A stretch of DNA of 52,442 nucleotides from Verrucomicrobiota bacterium (GTDB lineage Bacteria; Verrucomicrobiota; Verrucomicrobiia; Limisphaerales; UBA11358), in NCBI GenBank assembly GCA_049521735.1, contig JBEKON010000003.1, forward strand, positions 1 to 52,442, written 5' to 3'. Under the pieces are notes generated by a model, which was not told the DNA's origin, ran no database searches, and worked only from the letters and a program-made list of their open reading frames with translations. Made by a program: the position numbers and the translations under genes. Each line of letters opens with the position of its first letter. Within the stretch, counting starts at the first letter, position 1. This document shows positions 39,901 to 47,713 of the stretch, in pieces.

Positions 39901-40203
39901 TCGCGCTTTGCCCTGGGCATTCAGCAGGCGCGGCCACCAATTCGTATCGGGGAAATCGCGGCGCGAGAGTGAAAGCCTTTCAAAATAATCTTCAAGTAAC
40001 AGCCACGCGCGCTGTGAATCGGGGCACGCTGCGAAGCTGTGCAGGATTTCCTCGCGTTCGTTGACAATCGCCTTCGAGTCCGAGAGTTCCCGGCGCAAAT
40101 CGGCAAACGCGCCGTAGGTCTGCGACAGCACTTTGTGGTGCGCGTCGTACTTCGTCGTGCCCATTCGCCGACCGGTCCCGTTTCTGACTGACACTTTCGA
40201 CAT
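36907..40203 (-). CDS. SNF2/SWI2-family helicase
   Basis: LRPYQ, LADDMGLGKT, DEAQ, LTGTP.EN, LVFSQF, GLNLT, QAIDRSHRIGQ; start may be 40164. Confidence 0.95.
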   Translation of the reverse strand: MSKVSVRNGTGRRMGTTKYDAHHKVLSQTYGAFADLRRELSDSKAIVNEREEILHSFAACPDSQRAWLLLEDYFERLSLSRRDFPDTNWWPRLLNAQGKARLEELVFIFLRAKRSVPPELQPHASLDRFAKAEEAEKELRLVQELENWLSPPALPLLDTPRATLRVVCRVQPDDESSCYRLAVQFLLSRPRTGEKARTLRELIDLVVRATHEQELFPPADWEFIQWLADTHRDRNDGADTLILSDAELLQWLARWGHMPRLECDGKPLQFHGQVAALTPHLDNGDKELSFTHRIELPGGKNHSVADVKFFNRQPPLALVNGTFYLLRNAPPPPVLKYLAHKPSVPVRKLSHRLLLHLRKTQSNHGVDWEQLCIAHPAKSQFVFELLDDTVRLRLLARSLRDQSVWFWNGREWVANEPKKRPGNKPEILDDPRLEPAIQWLRKLDWFTPEPGLWIGDANENFLGTLAAVWAERPSEAEFLGNPAFHRLFLQPRQLKPRLVVKGSGIDWLSVSAEWEAEGIKLTKADLERLAASTSRFVKLPNSGWVELDTAAVQGAHEAMAEMGVDGLIAVPQKVGMEHVAHLDANELARFADTQEAKALRERVREFKGVPSMPLPKGLQAELRPYQKDGFDFLCHLTQIKLGGILADDMGLGKTLQALAWLAWLKERHAKNPKPSLVICPASVLHNWRREANRFTPNLKVLVLESGAARHNLRKQIPQHDLIVTNYALLRRDLEEFQKFAFRAVILDEAQFIKNPGAQVTQSVKQLKSEHRLALTGTPLENRLLDLWSIVDFIQPGYLGNQEQFLETYEPRAQVTEETAPVEQSRSEKTESIQRIARKRLSAKLRPLLLRRLKKYVAKDLPDRIEQRRDCPLGDEQRKLYLAELRRSRDQIMQTVAEQGLNKSKMHVLAALTRLRQICCHPRLVGSDTASGKTETLFELLDPLIAEGQKVLVFSQFVKMLQLLEKECCDRQINTHILTGQTKNRQQVVSAFQGDTNPGVFLLSLRAAGTGLNLTNASYVVLYDPWWNPAVEAQAIDRSHRIGQTQTVNAYRLIAPGTVEEKIWELQQSKAQTIADVLGEEGFARSLTTTDLEYLFAED

Positions 40204-40294
40204 TTGAAAAGACTTAAGCTAGTATTTCGTCATAATCGGCAACTCCGGTCAATCAGAAAGCGAAAGAAAATGTGTTGCGCACTCGCTGGCGTGA

Positions 40295-40322
40295 TTGACG
40301 TGAGCCTGGTTTTTGCTATAAT
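40295..40322 (+). promoter_or_regulatory. Sigma70-type promoter of asd
   Basis: TTGACG, 16 nt spacer, TATAAT with extended TG; 10 nt before the ATG. Confidence 0.65.
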
Positions 40323-40332
40323 TCAGCCTTTT

Positions 40333-41337
40333 ATGAACCAAAACCCGCATGTGGCCGTGGTCGGCGCCACGGGCGCCGTCGGCGTCGAAATGATCAAAAC
40401 GCTGGAAAAAAGAAGTTTTCCGGTGGGTAAACTGACGTTGCTCGCTTCGGCGCGTTCCGTCGGCAAGAAACTCAAATTTCGCGGCGAGGATATCACGGTC
40501 AGGGAGCTGAAGAAGGATTCCTTCAATGGCATTGATATTGCGTTGTTCAGCGCGGGCGGCGGCATTTCGAAAGAATTTGCGCCGATTGCGGCGAAGGCCG
40601 GCTGCGTGGTTGTGGACAATTCCAGTGCGTTTCGCATGGACAATTCCGTCCCGCTGGTGATTCCCGAAATCAACGCTTCGGACGTGAAGTGGCACAAGGG
40701 CATCATCGCCAATCCGAATTGCACCACGATTGTCACACTCATGGCGCTGTATCCGCTTCACAAGGCGTTTAACTGCAAACGCATCTTCGCGTCCAGTTAC
40801 CAGGCCGTGTCCGGCACCGGCGCGAAGGCGATCGAAGAGCTGAAACGCCAGGTGGGAGAAATTGTTTCCGGCAAGCCGGCCACGAAGGAGGTTTATCCGC
40901 ATCAAATCGCCTTCAACGTGCTGCCGCATGTGGATTCATTTCTGCCGAGCGGCTACACCAAGGAAGAAATGAAGATGGAAAACGAAGGCCGGAAAATCAT
41001 GCACCATCCGGCGTTTCGCGCGAGCGTGACGTGCGTGCGCGTGCCGGTTTATCGCGCGCATTCGGTGGCCGTCAGCGCGGAATTTGAAAAGCCGGTGAGT
41101 GTTGAAGCCGCGCGCGCCGTTTTGAAGAAAGCGCCCGGACTCGACGTCGTGGATGAACCGGCGAAGAATGAATATCCGATGCCACTGTTCACCTCGGAAA
41201 AATACAACTGCGAAGTTGGCCGCATTCGCAAGGATTGTGCGATGGACAACGGTTTGTGCTTCTGGGTCAGTGGCGATCAATTGCTCAAAGGTGCTGCGCT
41301 CAACGCGGTGCAAATCGCCGAAGAGTTGCTGAAGTAA
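40333..41337 (+). CDS. asd: Aspartate-semialdehyde dehydrogenase
   Basis: VGATGAVG, DNSSAFR, ANPNCTT, YQAVSG, CVRVP, LLKGAALN. Confidence 0.98.
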   Translation: MNQNPHVAVVGATGAVGVEMIKTLEKRSFPVGKLTLLASARSVGKKLKFRGEDITVRELKKDSFNGIDIALFSAGGGISKEFAPIAAKAGCVVVDNSSAFRMDNSVPLVIPEINASDVKWHKGIIANPNCTTIVTLMALYPLHKAFNCKRIFASSYQAVSGTGAKAIEELKRQVGEIVSGKPATKEVYPHQIAFNVLPHVDSFLPSGYTKEEMKMENEGRKIMHHPAFRASVTCVRVPVYRAHSVAVSAEFEKPVSVEAARAVLKKAPGLDVVDEPAKNEYPMPLFTSEKYNCEVGRIRKDCAMDNGLCFWVSGDQLLKGAALNAVQIAEELLK

Positions 41338-41342
41338 AATTC

Positions 41343-41450
41343 AACCGCAAAGACGCCAAGGCGCAGAGCAAAGTTTCAAATAAGGAAGGCAGGAATCGTG
41401 GAAATTTCGGTTCCTGCTTTCTTGCTTTCCTTATTAAATCCTTGGCGTCT
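41343..41450. repeat. Nested inverted repeats between convergent asd and exbD; probable bidirectional terminator
   Basis: AGACGCCAAGG / CCTTGGCGTCT perfect outer IR; inner AATAAGGAAGGCAGGAA / TTCCTGCTTTCTTGCTTTCCTTATT. Confidence 0.78.
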
Positions 41451-41455
41451 CGAAA

Positions 41456-41881
41456 TCATGGCTTGCCCGTTTCCTTCGTTTTCGTATAAGCGACGAGGGA
41501 TTTGATTTTCGCCTCGGCGGCGGCGTCGCGCACCTTCACTATTTTTCCCCACGGCGCTTTTTCGTCGGCGTTGATGGCCAGCACGAGCTGCGGATTTTTC
41601 GCTGATTGTTTCAGCAGTTCGCTCCGCAATTGCTCAAATGTCACCGGCAGCTTTTCCAGATAATAAATTCCCTTGGCGTCAATGCTCACAACGAACGGTG
41701 GATTGTTGGTCGCACCGGATTTTTGCGCCTGTGAAGATTCCGGCAGCGCGAGCCGTAACGCCGCCTGCTGCTTGAATGTTGTCGTCACCATCAAAAAAAT
41801 CACCAGCACGATGAGCACGTCAATCAGCGCGACGATGATGACGGCCGGCGCGGTCCGCCGTTTGTGCACGAGGAATCGCAT
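41456..41881 (-). CDS. exbD: Biopolymer transporter ExbD/TolR family
   Basis: ALIDVLIVLVIFLMV TM with Asp, L.LP, I.AD..AP. Confidence 0.88.
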   Translation of the reverse strand: MRFLVHKRRTAPAVIIVALIDVLIVLVIFLMVTTTFKQQAALRLALPESSQAQKSGATNNPPFVVSIDAKGIYYLEKLPVTFEQLRSELLKQSAKNPQLVLAINADEKAPWGKIVKVRDAAAEAKIKSLVAYTKTKETGKP

Positions 41882-41883
41882 AA

Positions 41884-42480
41884 TCAATGCTTTTTGTCGT
41901 CGGCGTATTGCCGCCGGATGAATTTGTCGCAGAGCGCCTCCATTTCGACCGCCTGCACCTCGACTTTTTTGCTGAAGTAACTCCACGCAATGAGCGACGG
42001 GATGGCGATGAGCAGACCCATCAACGTCGCGTTCAAAATCAGTGCGATGCCTTTGGCCAAACGCGCCGCGTCGTTCAAACCGCTCTGTCCGATGTCGCCG
42101 AACAATGTCATCATGCCCGCAATCGTCCCGACCAAACCGAGCAGTGGCGCGATGCCGACAATAATTTCGAGCACAACGAGGCCGCGTTCGAGCCGGACAA
42201 TTTCACGGCGCGCGGCGGTTTGCAGCGCATCCACAGTGTCGGCTTTTGGCCAATCGAGATGGTCGGCGGCGAGCAGCAACAATCGTCCGAGCGATGACGG
42301 TTTTCTGCGGCAGACAGCGCAAAGTGTCTTTACGTCCTCGCGCGTCTCGCACGACGCGAGCGCCGCCACGATTTCCGGCGGCACGACTTTGTTCCAGCGC
42401 AACGCGAGTGCGCGTTCCACGATAAACGCCAGCCCGATGACCGAAGTCAGTCCCAGTAAAATGTAAATGAGTTCATCCAT
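41884..42480 (-). CDS. exbB: MotA/TolQ/ExbB proton channel family
   Basis: APLLGLVGTIAGM, GIA..L..T..GL.IAIP. Confidence 0.88.
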   Translation of the reverse strand: MDELIYILLGLTSVIGLAFIVERALALRWNKVVPPEIVAALASCETREDVKTLCAVCRRKPSSLGRLLLLAADHLDWPKADTVDALQTAARREIVRLERGLVVLEIIVGIAPLLGLVGTIAGMMTLFGDIGQSGLNDAARLAKGIALILNATLMGLLIAIPSLIAWSYFSKKVEVQAVEMEALCDKFIRRQYADDKKH

Positions 42481-42511
42481 AAATTATTCCGTCATTCACC
42501 GCGGCGCGCGG

Positions 42512-43453
42512 TCAGTAATAATAAAACGTGAACGTGATTTCGCGATAATTTTCGCCGACCATCCGCCGCATATCGCTCGGCCACGCCGCGAACGGCGCGG
42601 GATCCGTCACCGCTTTTTGACAAACATAGCCCAGCACGTCACCGACGGTGTTTTGCAGAACCTGCATATCGGCTATGGTCCCGTCATAATTCAAGTGAAA
42701 TCGCAATATCACTTTGCCATTGCGATCGCGTGCGAATTGCTGGCTGTCCAGCAAATCATACCAACGCTGCGTCACCGCTTCGATGAACGCGAGGTCATAC
42801 GCGCCAAACGGTGTTGCCTTCACATCGAACGACGGCACAAGCGCCTCCCGGTGAGTCCCGCCTTCCTCTTTCATCTTTGGGCCGGGCAACCGATTCTGTT
42901 GCTGCGCATTGGCCTGCTTGAGTGTGCGCGGACGTTCTTGCTGCTGTAAGTCTTCCAGCCTGGCCAGCATCAAGTCGCCCGGCTCAGGTGTCGGACGCGA
43001 CACCTCCTGCCGCTGATTCGCCTGCGGTGCGACAGGTTGAAGTTTGGACAAAATCTGCCGCGTCACGTCCTCGGTCTTGGCGATCTCGGTTTGTTTGCCG
43101 TTCAATTGCGGAATATTCTTGTTTCCCTTCGTCTGGTCGGCAGCCTTGGAATTTTGGTTGGAATAATACTTCGCATTCTTCGGCGCTTCGGCCGTCGGCT
43201 GCGACACATCCACGAATGTCAATGGTTCTTCATTATTTTGAAGCACCGACGACGGTTCGATTTTCATTATTGCCAGGCGGGGCAACCATGTCGGCCAATG
43301 CAATTGCTGCCACAAGTTGAGTTCCTTGCCGGCTTCATAACCGCCCCATGCGAGCAAATGCACCGTGGCCGACAATGCCAGTGCCAGACCCAGCCGCCGC
43401 ATTTCGAGGTTGCTGGACCGCAAAGAATCAAATTGTGCGCCGACTTCGGCCAT
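42512..43453 (-). CDS. TonB/TolA-like energy transducer
   Basis: TM with S...H (LSATVH), P/Q-rich linker, C-terminal TonB_C-like domain; upstream of exbBD; start uncertain. Confidence 0.75.
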   Translation of the reverse strand: MAEVGAQFDSLRSSNLEMRRLGLALALSATVHLLAWGGYEAGKELNLWQQLHWPTWLPRLAIMKIEPSSVLQNNEEPLTFVDVSQPTAEAPKNAKYYSNQNSKAADQTKGNKNIPQLNGKQTEIAKTEDVTRQILSKLQPVAPQANQRQEVSRPTPEPGDLMLARLEDLQQQERPRTLKQANAQQQNRLPGPKMKEEGGTHREALVPSFDVKATPFGAYDLAFIEAVTQRWYDLLDSQQFARDRNGKVILRFHLNYDGTIADMQVLQNTVGDVLGYVCQKAVTDPAPFAAWPSDMRRMVGENYREITFTFYYY

Positions 43454-43585
43454 GCCACCAAGATAGCCCCAGAAAAACGAGGTGGGCAACTTCTTTACCG
43501 GCATTGGGAGTGACAGTTCCCCCTGTTGTTTCGAAATTCTGCATTGCAATTTTGCCTGATACTGGCAGCTTCACCAGTTCGGCGT

Positions 43586-43662
43586 CGGGGCGTAGCGTAG
43601 CCTGGTAGCGCGCTTGTTTCGGGTACAAGAGGTCGTGAGTTCGAATCTCACCGCCCCGACCA
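43586..43662 (+). tRNA. tRNA-Pro (anticodon CGG)
   Basis: Acceptor CGGGGCG/CGCCCCG, anticodon arm CTTGT-TTCGGGT-ACAAG, GTTCGAATC T-loop, encoded CCA. Confidence 0.97.
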
Positions 43663-43670
43663 CTTTTTCA

Positions 43671-43700
43671 AATTTCGGATTTTCGATTGTGGATTGAGGA
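43671..43700 (+). repeat. Degenerate heptamer array between tRNA-Pro and trmB
   Basis: AATTTCG GATTTTC GATTGTG GATTGAG. Confidence 0.55.
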
Positions 43701-44312
43701 ATGGAAAATCAAAACAATCTCATTGTTGAACTCCATTCTATCGTCGAACGACTGAGTTTGGCGCAGCTTTTCCCGAAACCACAACCGCTCGAAGTCGAAC
43801 TCGGTTGCGGCGACGCGTCGTTTCTCGTCGAATATGCGCGGCGGCATCCGGAAAGAAATTTCATCGGTGTCGAGCGACTGCTCGGCCGCCTGCGCAAGCT
43901 CGACCGCAAAGGCCGTCGCGCCGGACTGACGAATCTCCGCGGCGTGCGAATCGAGTCGTCGTATTTTTTGCAACACCTTTTGCCGCCGCGTTCGGCGTTG
44001 GCGCTGCACGTTTATTTTCCCGATCCGTGGCCAAAGACAAAACATCACAAACACCGGTTCATCAACGAACGTTTCCCGGAAATCGCCCGCGCCGCGCTCA
44101 CGCCTGGCGGCGTCGTTTATTTACGTACCGATGATGGGGATTATTTCAACCAGATGACCGAAGTTTTTCGCGCGAACGCTGAATTCCAAAAAATGGAAAC
44201 GCCCATTGAACTGGCGGAATTACTGACGGATTTCGAACTGGAATTTCGCGGGCGGGGGATTCAGACATTGCGCGCGGCGTACCGGTCAAAATTTCGAATT
44301 TTTAGTTCTTAA
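43701..44312 (+). CDS. trmB: tRNA (guanine-N7)-methyltransferase
   Basis: EVELGCG, FIGVE, FPDPWPK..H.K.R, LRTD, TDFE. Confidence 0.93.
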   Translation: MENQNNLIVELHSIVERLSLAQLFPKPQPLEVELGCGDASFLVEYARRHPERNFIGVERLLGRLRKLDRKGRRAGLTNLRGVRIESSYFLQHLLPPRSALALHVYFPDPWPKTKHHKHRFINERFPEIARAALTPGGVVYLRTDDGDYFNQMTEVFRANAEFQKMETPIELAELLTDFELEFRGRGIQTLRAAYRSKFRIFSS

Positions 44313-44376
44313 TTTTTAGTCAAAGCGGCCAACGGCGGCTTGCCAAAACTAAAAACTCAGAATTAAAAACTTAAAA
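44290..44376. repeat. Inverted heptamer arrays between convergent genes; includes the trmB stop
   Basis: AATTTCG AATTTTT AGTTCTT AATTTTT AGT facing ACT AAAAACT CAGAATT AAAAACT TAAAA. Confidence 0.8.
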
Positions 44377-44383
44377 CCGCATT

Positions 44384-44836
44384 TCACACATCAATCACCG
44401 GCCCGTCATCGCCGGATTTTGGCGGTGGCCGGCGGCGCGAAAAGGTGACGCGAGTGTTGCCGACGCCGGTCAAAATGTTCAGCGCGATGGACACGACGCT
44501 GATGATGATGGCGCCAAGAAACGCCGCGCCGAAGCTGTCCACCGTAAATTGCAGTCCCAACAGCTCCATTAGCCACCCGACGCCATAAAGCATCAGTGCA
44601 TTGATGACGAGCGTGAAGAGTCCCAGCGTGAAGATCAGCAGCGGCAGCGCAAAGAACATCAGGATGGGGCGAACGAATGCATTCAAAACGCCCAACAACA
44701 GTGATGCGAGCAGCAAATCCACAGGCCGGCCATAGCGGATATGGCCTTGCAAAATCAAAACCGCCACCAACACCGCGAGGGTGTTGATGAGCCAGCTTTG
44801 CAGAAAGCGCAGAAATTTTCTTGTGCCGGGCTGCAT
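44384..44836 (-). CDS. 4-TM phage-holin-family (YvlD-like) membrane protein
   Basis: LG.LNAFVRPIL...ALPL...TLGLF..VINA. Confidence 0.85.
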   Translation of the reverse strand: MQPGTRKFLRFLQSWLINTLAVLVAVLILQGHIRYGRPVDLLLASLLLGVLNAFVRPILMFFALPLLIFTLGLFTLVINALMLYGVGWLMELLGLQFTVDSFGAAFLGAIIISVVSIALNILTGVGNTRVTFSRRRPPPKSGDDGPVIDV

Positions 44837-44944
44837 GGTTTTCGTTGAAAATCAGCGCTCCGCAAAATGCGCCAGCTTGCGCGGAAAAACAAGTGGCAAA
44901 CTCTGAAAAGAGCCGAACCAGAACCTGGATTATTCTTCGGCGCG

Positions 44945-45076
44945 GTGAAAAAGAAATGGAGTCGCTGGATGGTGGCGGTTTTTCTGGCGCTCTTCGCATT
45001 AAGCCGCTGGCCGGGATTGTTTCCACTGGATTTCAGTCCGGTTTATGCTCTGGCAGTTGAATGGGAGCATCGGTAA
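44945..45076 (+). pseudogene. Probable truncated 5' remnant of a membrane protein gene
   Basis: VKKKWSRWMVAVFLALFALSRWPGLFPLDFSPVYALA reads as a TM-R.P....NF-type start (DUF6580-like, from memory) and breaks off where the next gene begins. Confidence 0.45.
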
Positions 45077-47652
45077 TATTTGCACCTGTGTTTGTATACG
45101 CGGTGACGATTTTTATAGGGGCTTTCCTGCTTTTTCAGGTGCAACCCATGATCGGCAAATACATTTTGCCGTGGTTTGGTGGTGCGCCAAGCGTCTGGAC
45201 AGTTTGCATGTTGTTTTTTCAGGTGCTGCTGTTGGGTGGCTACGCCTACGCCCATTTCACCTCCCGCTGGCTCAAAATACGCACCCAAGTGATAGTGTAT
45301 TGCGCCTTGCTTGTTGCGGCACTGGCATTGTTACCCATCACACCCTCCGATTCCTGGAAGCCGAGTGGCAGCGAGAATCCGACACTCCTAATTCTCGGCT
45401 TGCTGGCCGTAAGCATTGGTCTGCCATATTTCGTCCTCTCATCCACAAGTCCGTTGATGCAACACTGGTTTAACCGCACCAACCCCAGCGTCTCACCCTA
45501 CCGGCTCTATGCGCTCTCAAACATCGGTTCACTGCTGGCGCTGGTCAGTTATCCGATTTATTTCGAGGCACAGTTCACACGCACGATGCAGGCCACGTTA
45601 TGGGGGTGCGGACTGGCTGCATATGCGGTTTGCGGCGGTTTCTGCGCGATGAAATTATGGAAGACAGCGGGTGGATGGCGCTGCGGAACAAACAGCGAAA
45701 GGCCCAAGTCAGAAGAGTCAGAGAGCAAGGAAAGGGACTTCCCAAAAGAGGGGCTTGCATCCTCAAACCGCCAACTTCACGTCTTCGACCGTCTTTTGTG
45801 GCTGTTGCTGCCGGCTTGCGCTTCGGTGCTGCTGCTGGCAACAACAAACAAGATTTGTCAGGACGTGGCTGTGGTTCCATTCCTTTGGGTGCTGCCACTG
45901 GCATTGTATCTGTTAAGCTTCATCATCTGCTTCGACAACCCGCGTTGGTATGCCCGTCTTCCATTCATCCTGGCGCTCACTGTGACAATGGCCGGCATCT
46001 GCTGGGCATTGTTCAAAGGAACAGCGATATCCGTGCAACTGCAATTGAGTATTTATATCGCAGGACTTTTCGTCTGTTGCATGGTCTGTCACGGCGAACT
46101 TTACCGCCTCAAGCCCGACCCGAAACATTTAACGGGCTTTTATTTGATGATAGCCGCCGGCGGCGCGATGGGCGGATTCTTCGTCGCCATCGATGCGCCA
46201 CTGATCTTCACCGACTACTTTGAATTACAATGGGGTCTGCTGCTTTGTGTCTTGTTGTTCCTGCTCGTCTGTCTGCGCGATCGGAATTTCGGCGGCTTTC
46301 ATCGCTGGCGCCTTCCAGCCTGCGCCTGGTTATCGGCCAGCTTGGTAACACTCGGTGTCGTTTTGTGGTTGCAAGCACATAAGACTGCTTCTGGTAACCT
46401 ACACTGCACTTCTGATTTGGTTTACCGGTCGCGAAACTTTTACGGGGTGCTCAAAGTGTACAGAAATTCTGATGCCACATCGGATCTGTGGTACACGCTT
46501 CATCATGGGAGGACGTTGCACGGTCTGCAGTTCGCCGACCCATTGCGAGCTTCCTGGCCGACAAGTTACTACAGTGAGGAGAGCGGCGTCGGTCTAGCCT
46601 TGCACGCCCTGTCAACCGCCCCTCGGCGTATCGGTCTGGTTGGCCTTGGCACCGGCACGTTGGCCACCTACGCACGAACAGGAGATTACGTCCACATTTA
46701 TGAAATCAACCCTGCAGTGCTGCGGCTGGCCACATCAATGTTCACTTACCTCATCAACTGTCATGGGAAAGTGGAAGTCACCCTCGGTGACGCCCGTCTT
46801 TCGCTGGAAAGGGAGCCACCACAGGATTTTGATCTGCTCGCTCTCGACGCTTTCAACGGCGATGCCATTCCCGTGCACCTGCTAACCCAGGAAGCCTTCA
46901 CAGTTTACCAAAGACACTTGAAACCCAAAGGCATTCTCGCAGTGCACATCACAAACCGTTCCCTCGATCTCGAGCCGGTGGTCATCAACCTCGCTCGTCG
47001 TTTCAACTACAAGGCAACCATTGTTAAGGATGTGGGGACTCCTGGCAAATGGTGGATTCAACCATCTGTGTGGATGCTATTATCGCACAGCGAAGAGATC
47101 ATCAATTCTCCTACCATTCATCTGGCCGCCAGACCGTTGCAAACCAATTTTGAGAGTATCCCACTCTGGACAGATGATTTTACCAGTTTGTTTCAAATTC
47201 TCCGTTCGGAAAGAACCCCGCAAATTTTATCCAAGTCCTCGGAAGCACAAATCAAAATCGCATATAGTTTGTGGGTACAGGGGAATTTCGCTGAAGCCAT
47301 TGCTCATGATCGCCTTATACTAAAAGCGCAACCCGACTCGCCCACTTTGCTTAACAACTTGGCTTGGATGATGGTCACTTGTCCTGATGCGTCATTACGC
47401 AACGGCCCTGAAGCCGTGCAACTCGCCGAGAAAGCTTGTCAATTAACGCATTATAGCGAGGCGGTTCGCGTGAGCACATTGGCTGCAGCCTATGCCGAGG
47501 TGGGGCGGTTTGACGATGCGATATGGATGGAGCAAAAAGCCTGTGCATTGGCCTCCAAATCAGGCGCGCCGAAGGACTGGCTGGAACGGAATCAGGAATT
47601 GCTTGCCCTATATCTCAAGCACCAACCGTATCACCAAACAACAAAACCGTAA
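45061..47652 (+). CDS. Multi-TM spermidine-synthase-like SAM-dependent transferase fused to a C-terminal TPR region
   Basis: Many TMs, YRLYALSNIGS, CHGEL, HG.Q, GLGTGT, YEINP, GDAR, LDAF, LWTDDF, then LNNLAW...LAAAYAEVGRFDDA. Confidence 0.87.
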   Translation: MGASVIFAPVFVYAVTIFIGAFLLFQVQPMIGKYILPWFGGAPSVWTVCMLFFQVLLLGGYAYAHFTSRWLKIRTQVIVYCALLVAALALLPITPSDSWKPSGSENPTLLILGLLAVSIGLPYFVLSSTSPLMQHWFNRTNPSVSPYRLYALSNIGSLLALVSYPIYFEAQFTRTMQATLWGCGLAAYAVCGGFCAMKLWKTAGGWRCGTNSERPKSEESESKERDFPKEGLASSNRQLHVFDRLLWLLLPACASVLLLATTNKICQDVAVVPFLWVLPLALYLLSFIICFDNPRWYARLPFILALTVTMAGICWALFKGTAISVQLQLSIYIAGLFVCCMVCHGELYRLKPDPKHLTGFYLMIAAGGAMGGFFVAIDAPLIFTDYFELQWGLLLCVLLFLLVCLRDRNFGGFHRWRLPACAWLSASLVTLGVVLWLQAHKTASGNLHCTSDLVYRSRNFYGVLKVYRNSDATSDLWYTLHHGRTLHGLQFADPLRASWPTSYYSEESGVGLALHALSTAPRRIGLVGLGTGTLATYARTGDYVHIYEINPAVLRLATSMFTYLINCHGKVEVTLGDARLSLEREPPQDFDLLALDAFNGDAIPVHLLTQEAFTVYQRHLKPKGILAVHITNRSLDLEPVVINLARRFNYKATIVKDVGTPGKWWIQPSVWMLLSHSEEIINSPTIHLAARPLQTNFESIPLWTDDFTSLFQILRSERTPQILSKSSEAQIKIAYSLWVQGNFAEAIAHDRLILKAQPDSPTLLNNLAWMMVTCPDASLRNGPEAVQLAEKACQLTHYSEAVRVSTLAAAYAEVGRFDDAIWMEQKACALASKSGAPKDWLERNQELLALYLKHQPYHQTTKP

Positions 47653-47713
47653 CGGTAATACCGGCAGTCATTTCAGGTTTTAGGAAAAGCAGACTAAAAG
47701 CTCGTGGCTACTT

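Noticed and set aside
36907-40203. SNF2 helicase as an anti-phage system, and its QVTEETAPVEQSRSEK segment as another repeat insert
   Set aside because: No defence partners nearby and composition looks native; no palindrome or periodicity seen in that segment
44384-44836. Holin-family gene near a tRNA as a sign of prophage
   Set aside because: No integrase, structural or lysis genes and no tRNA 3' duplication seen; this family is common on chromosomes
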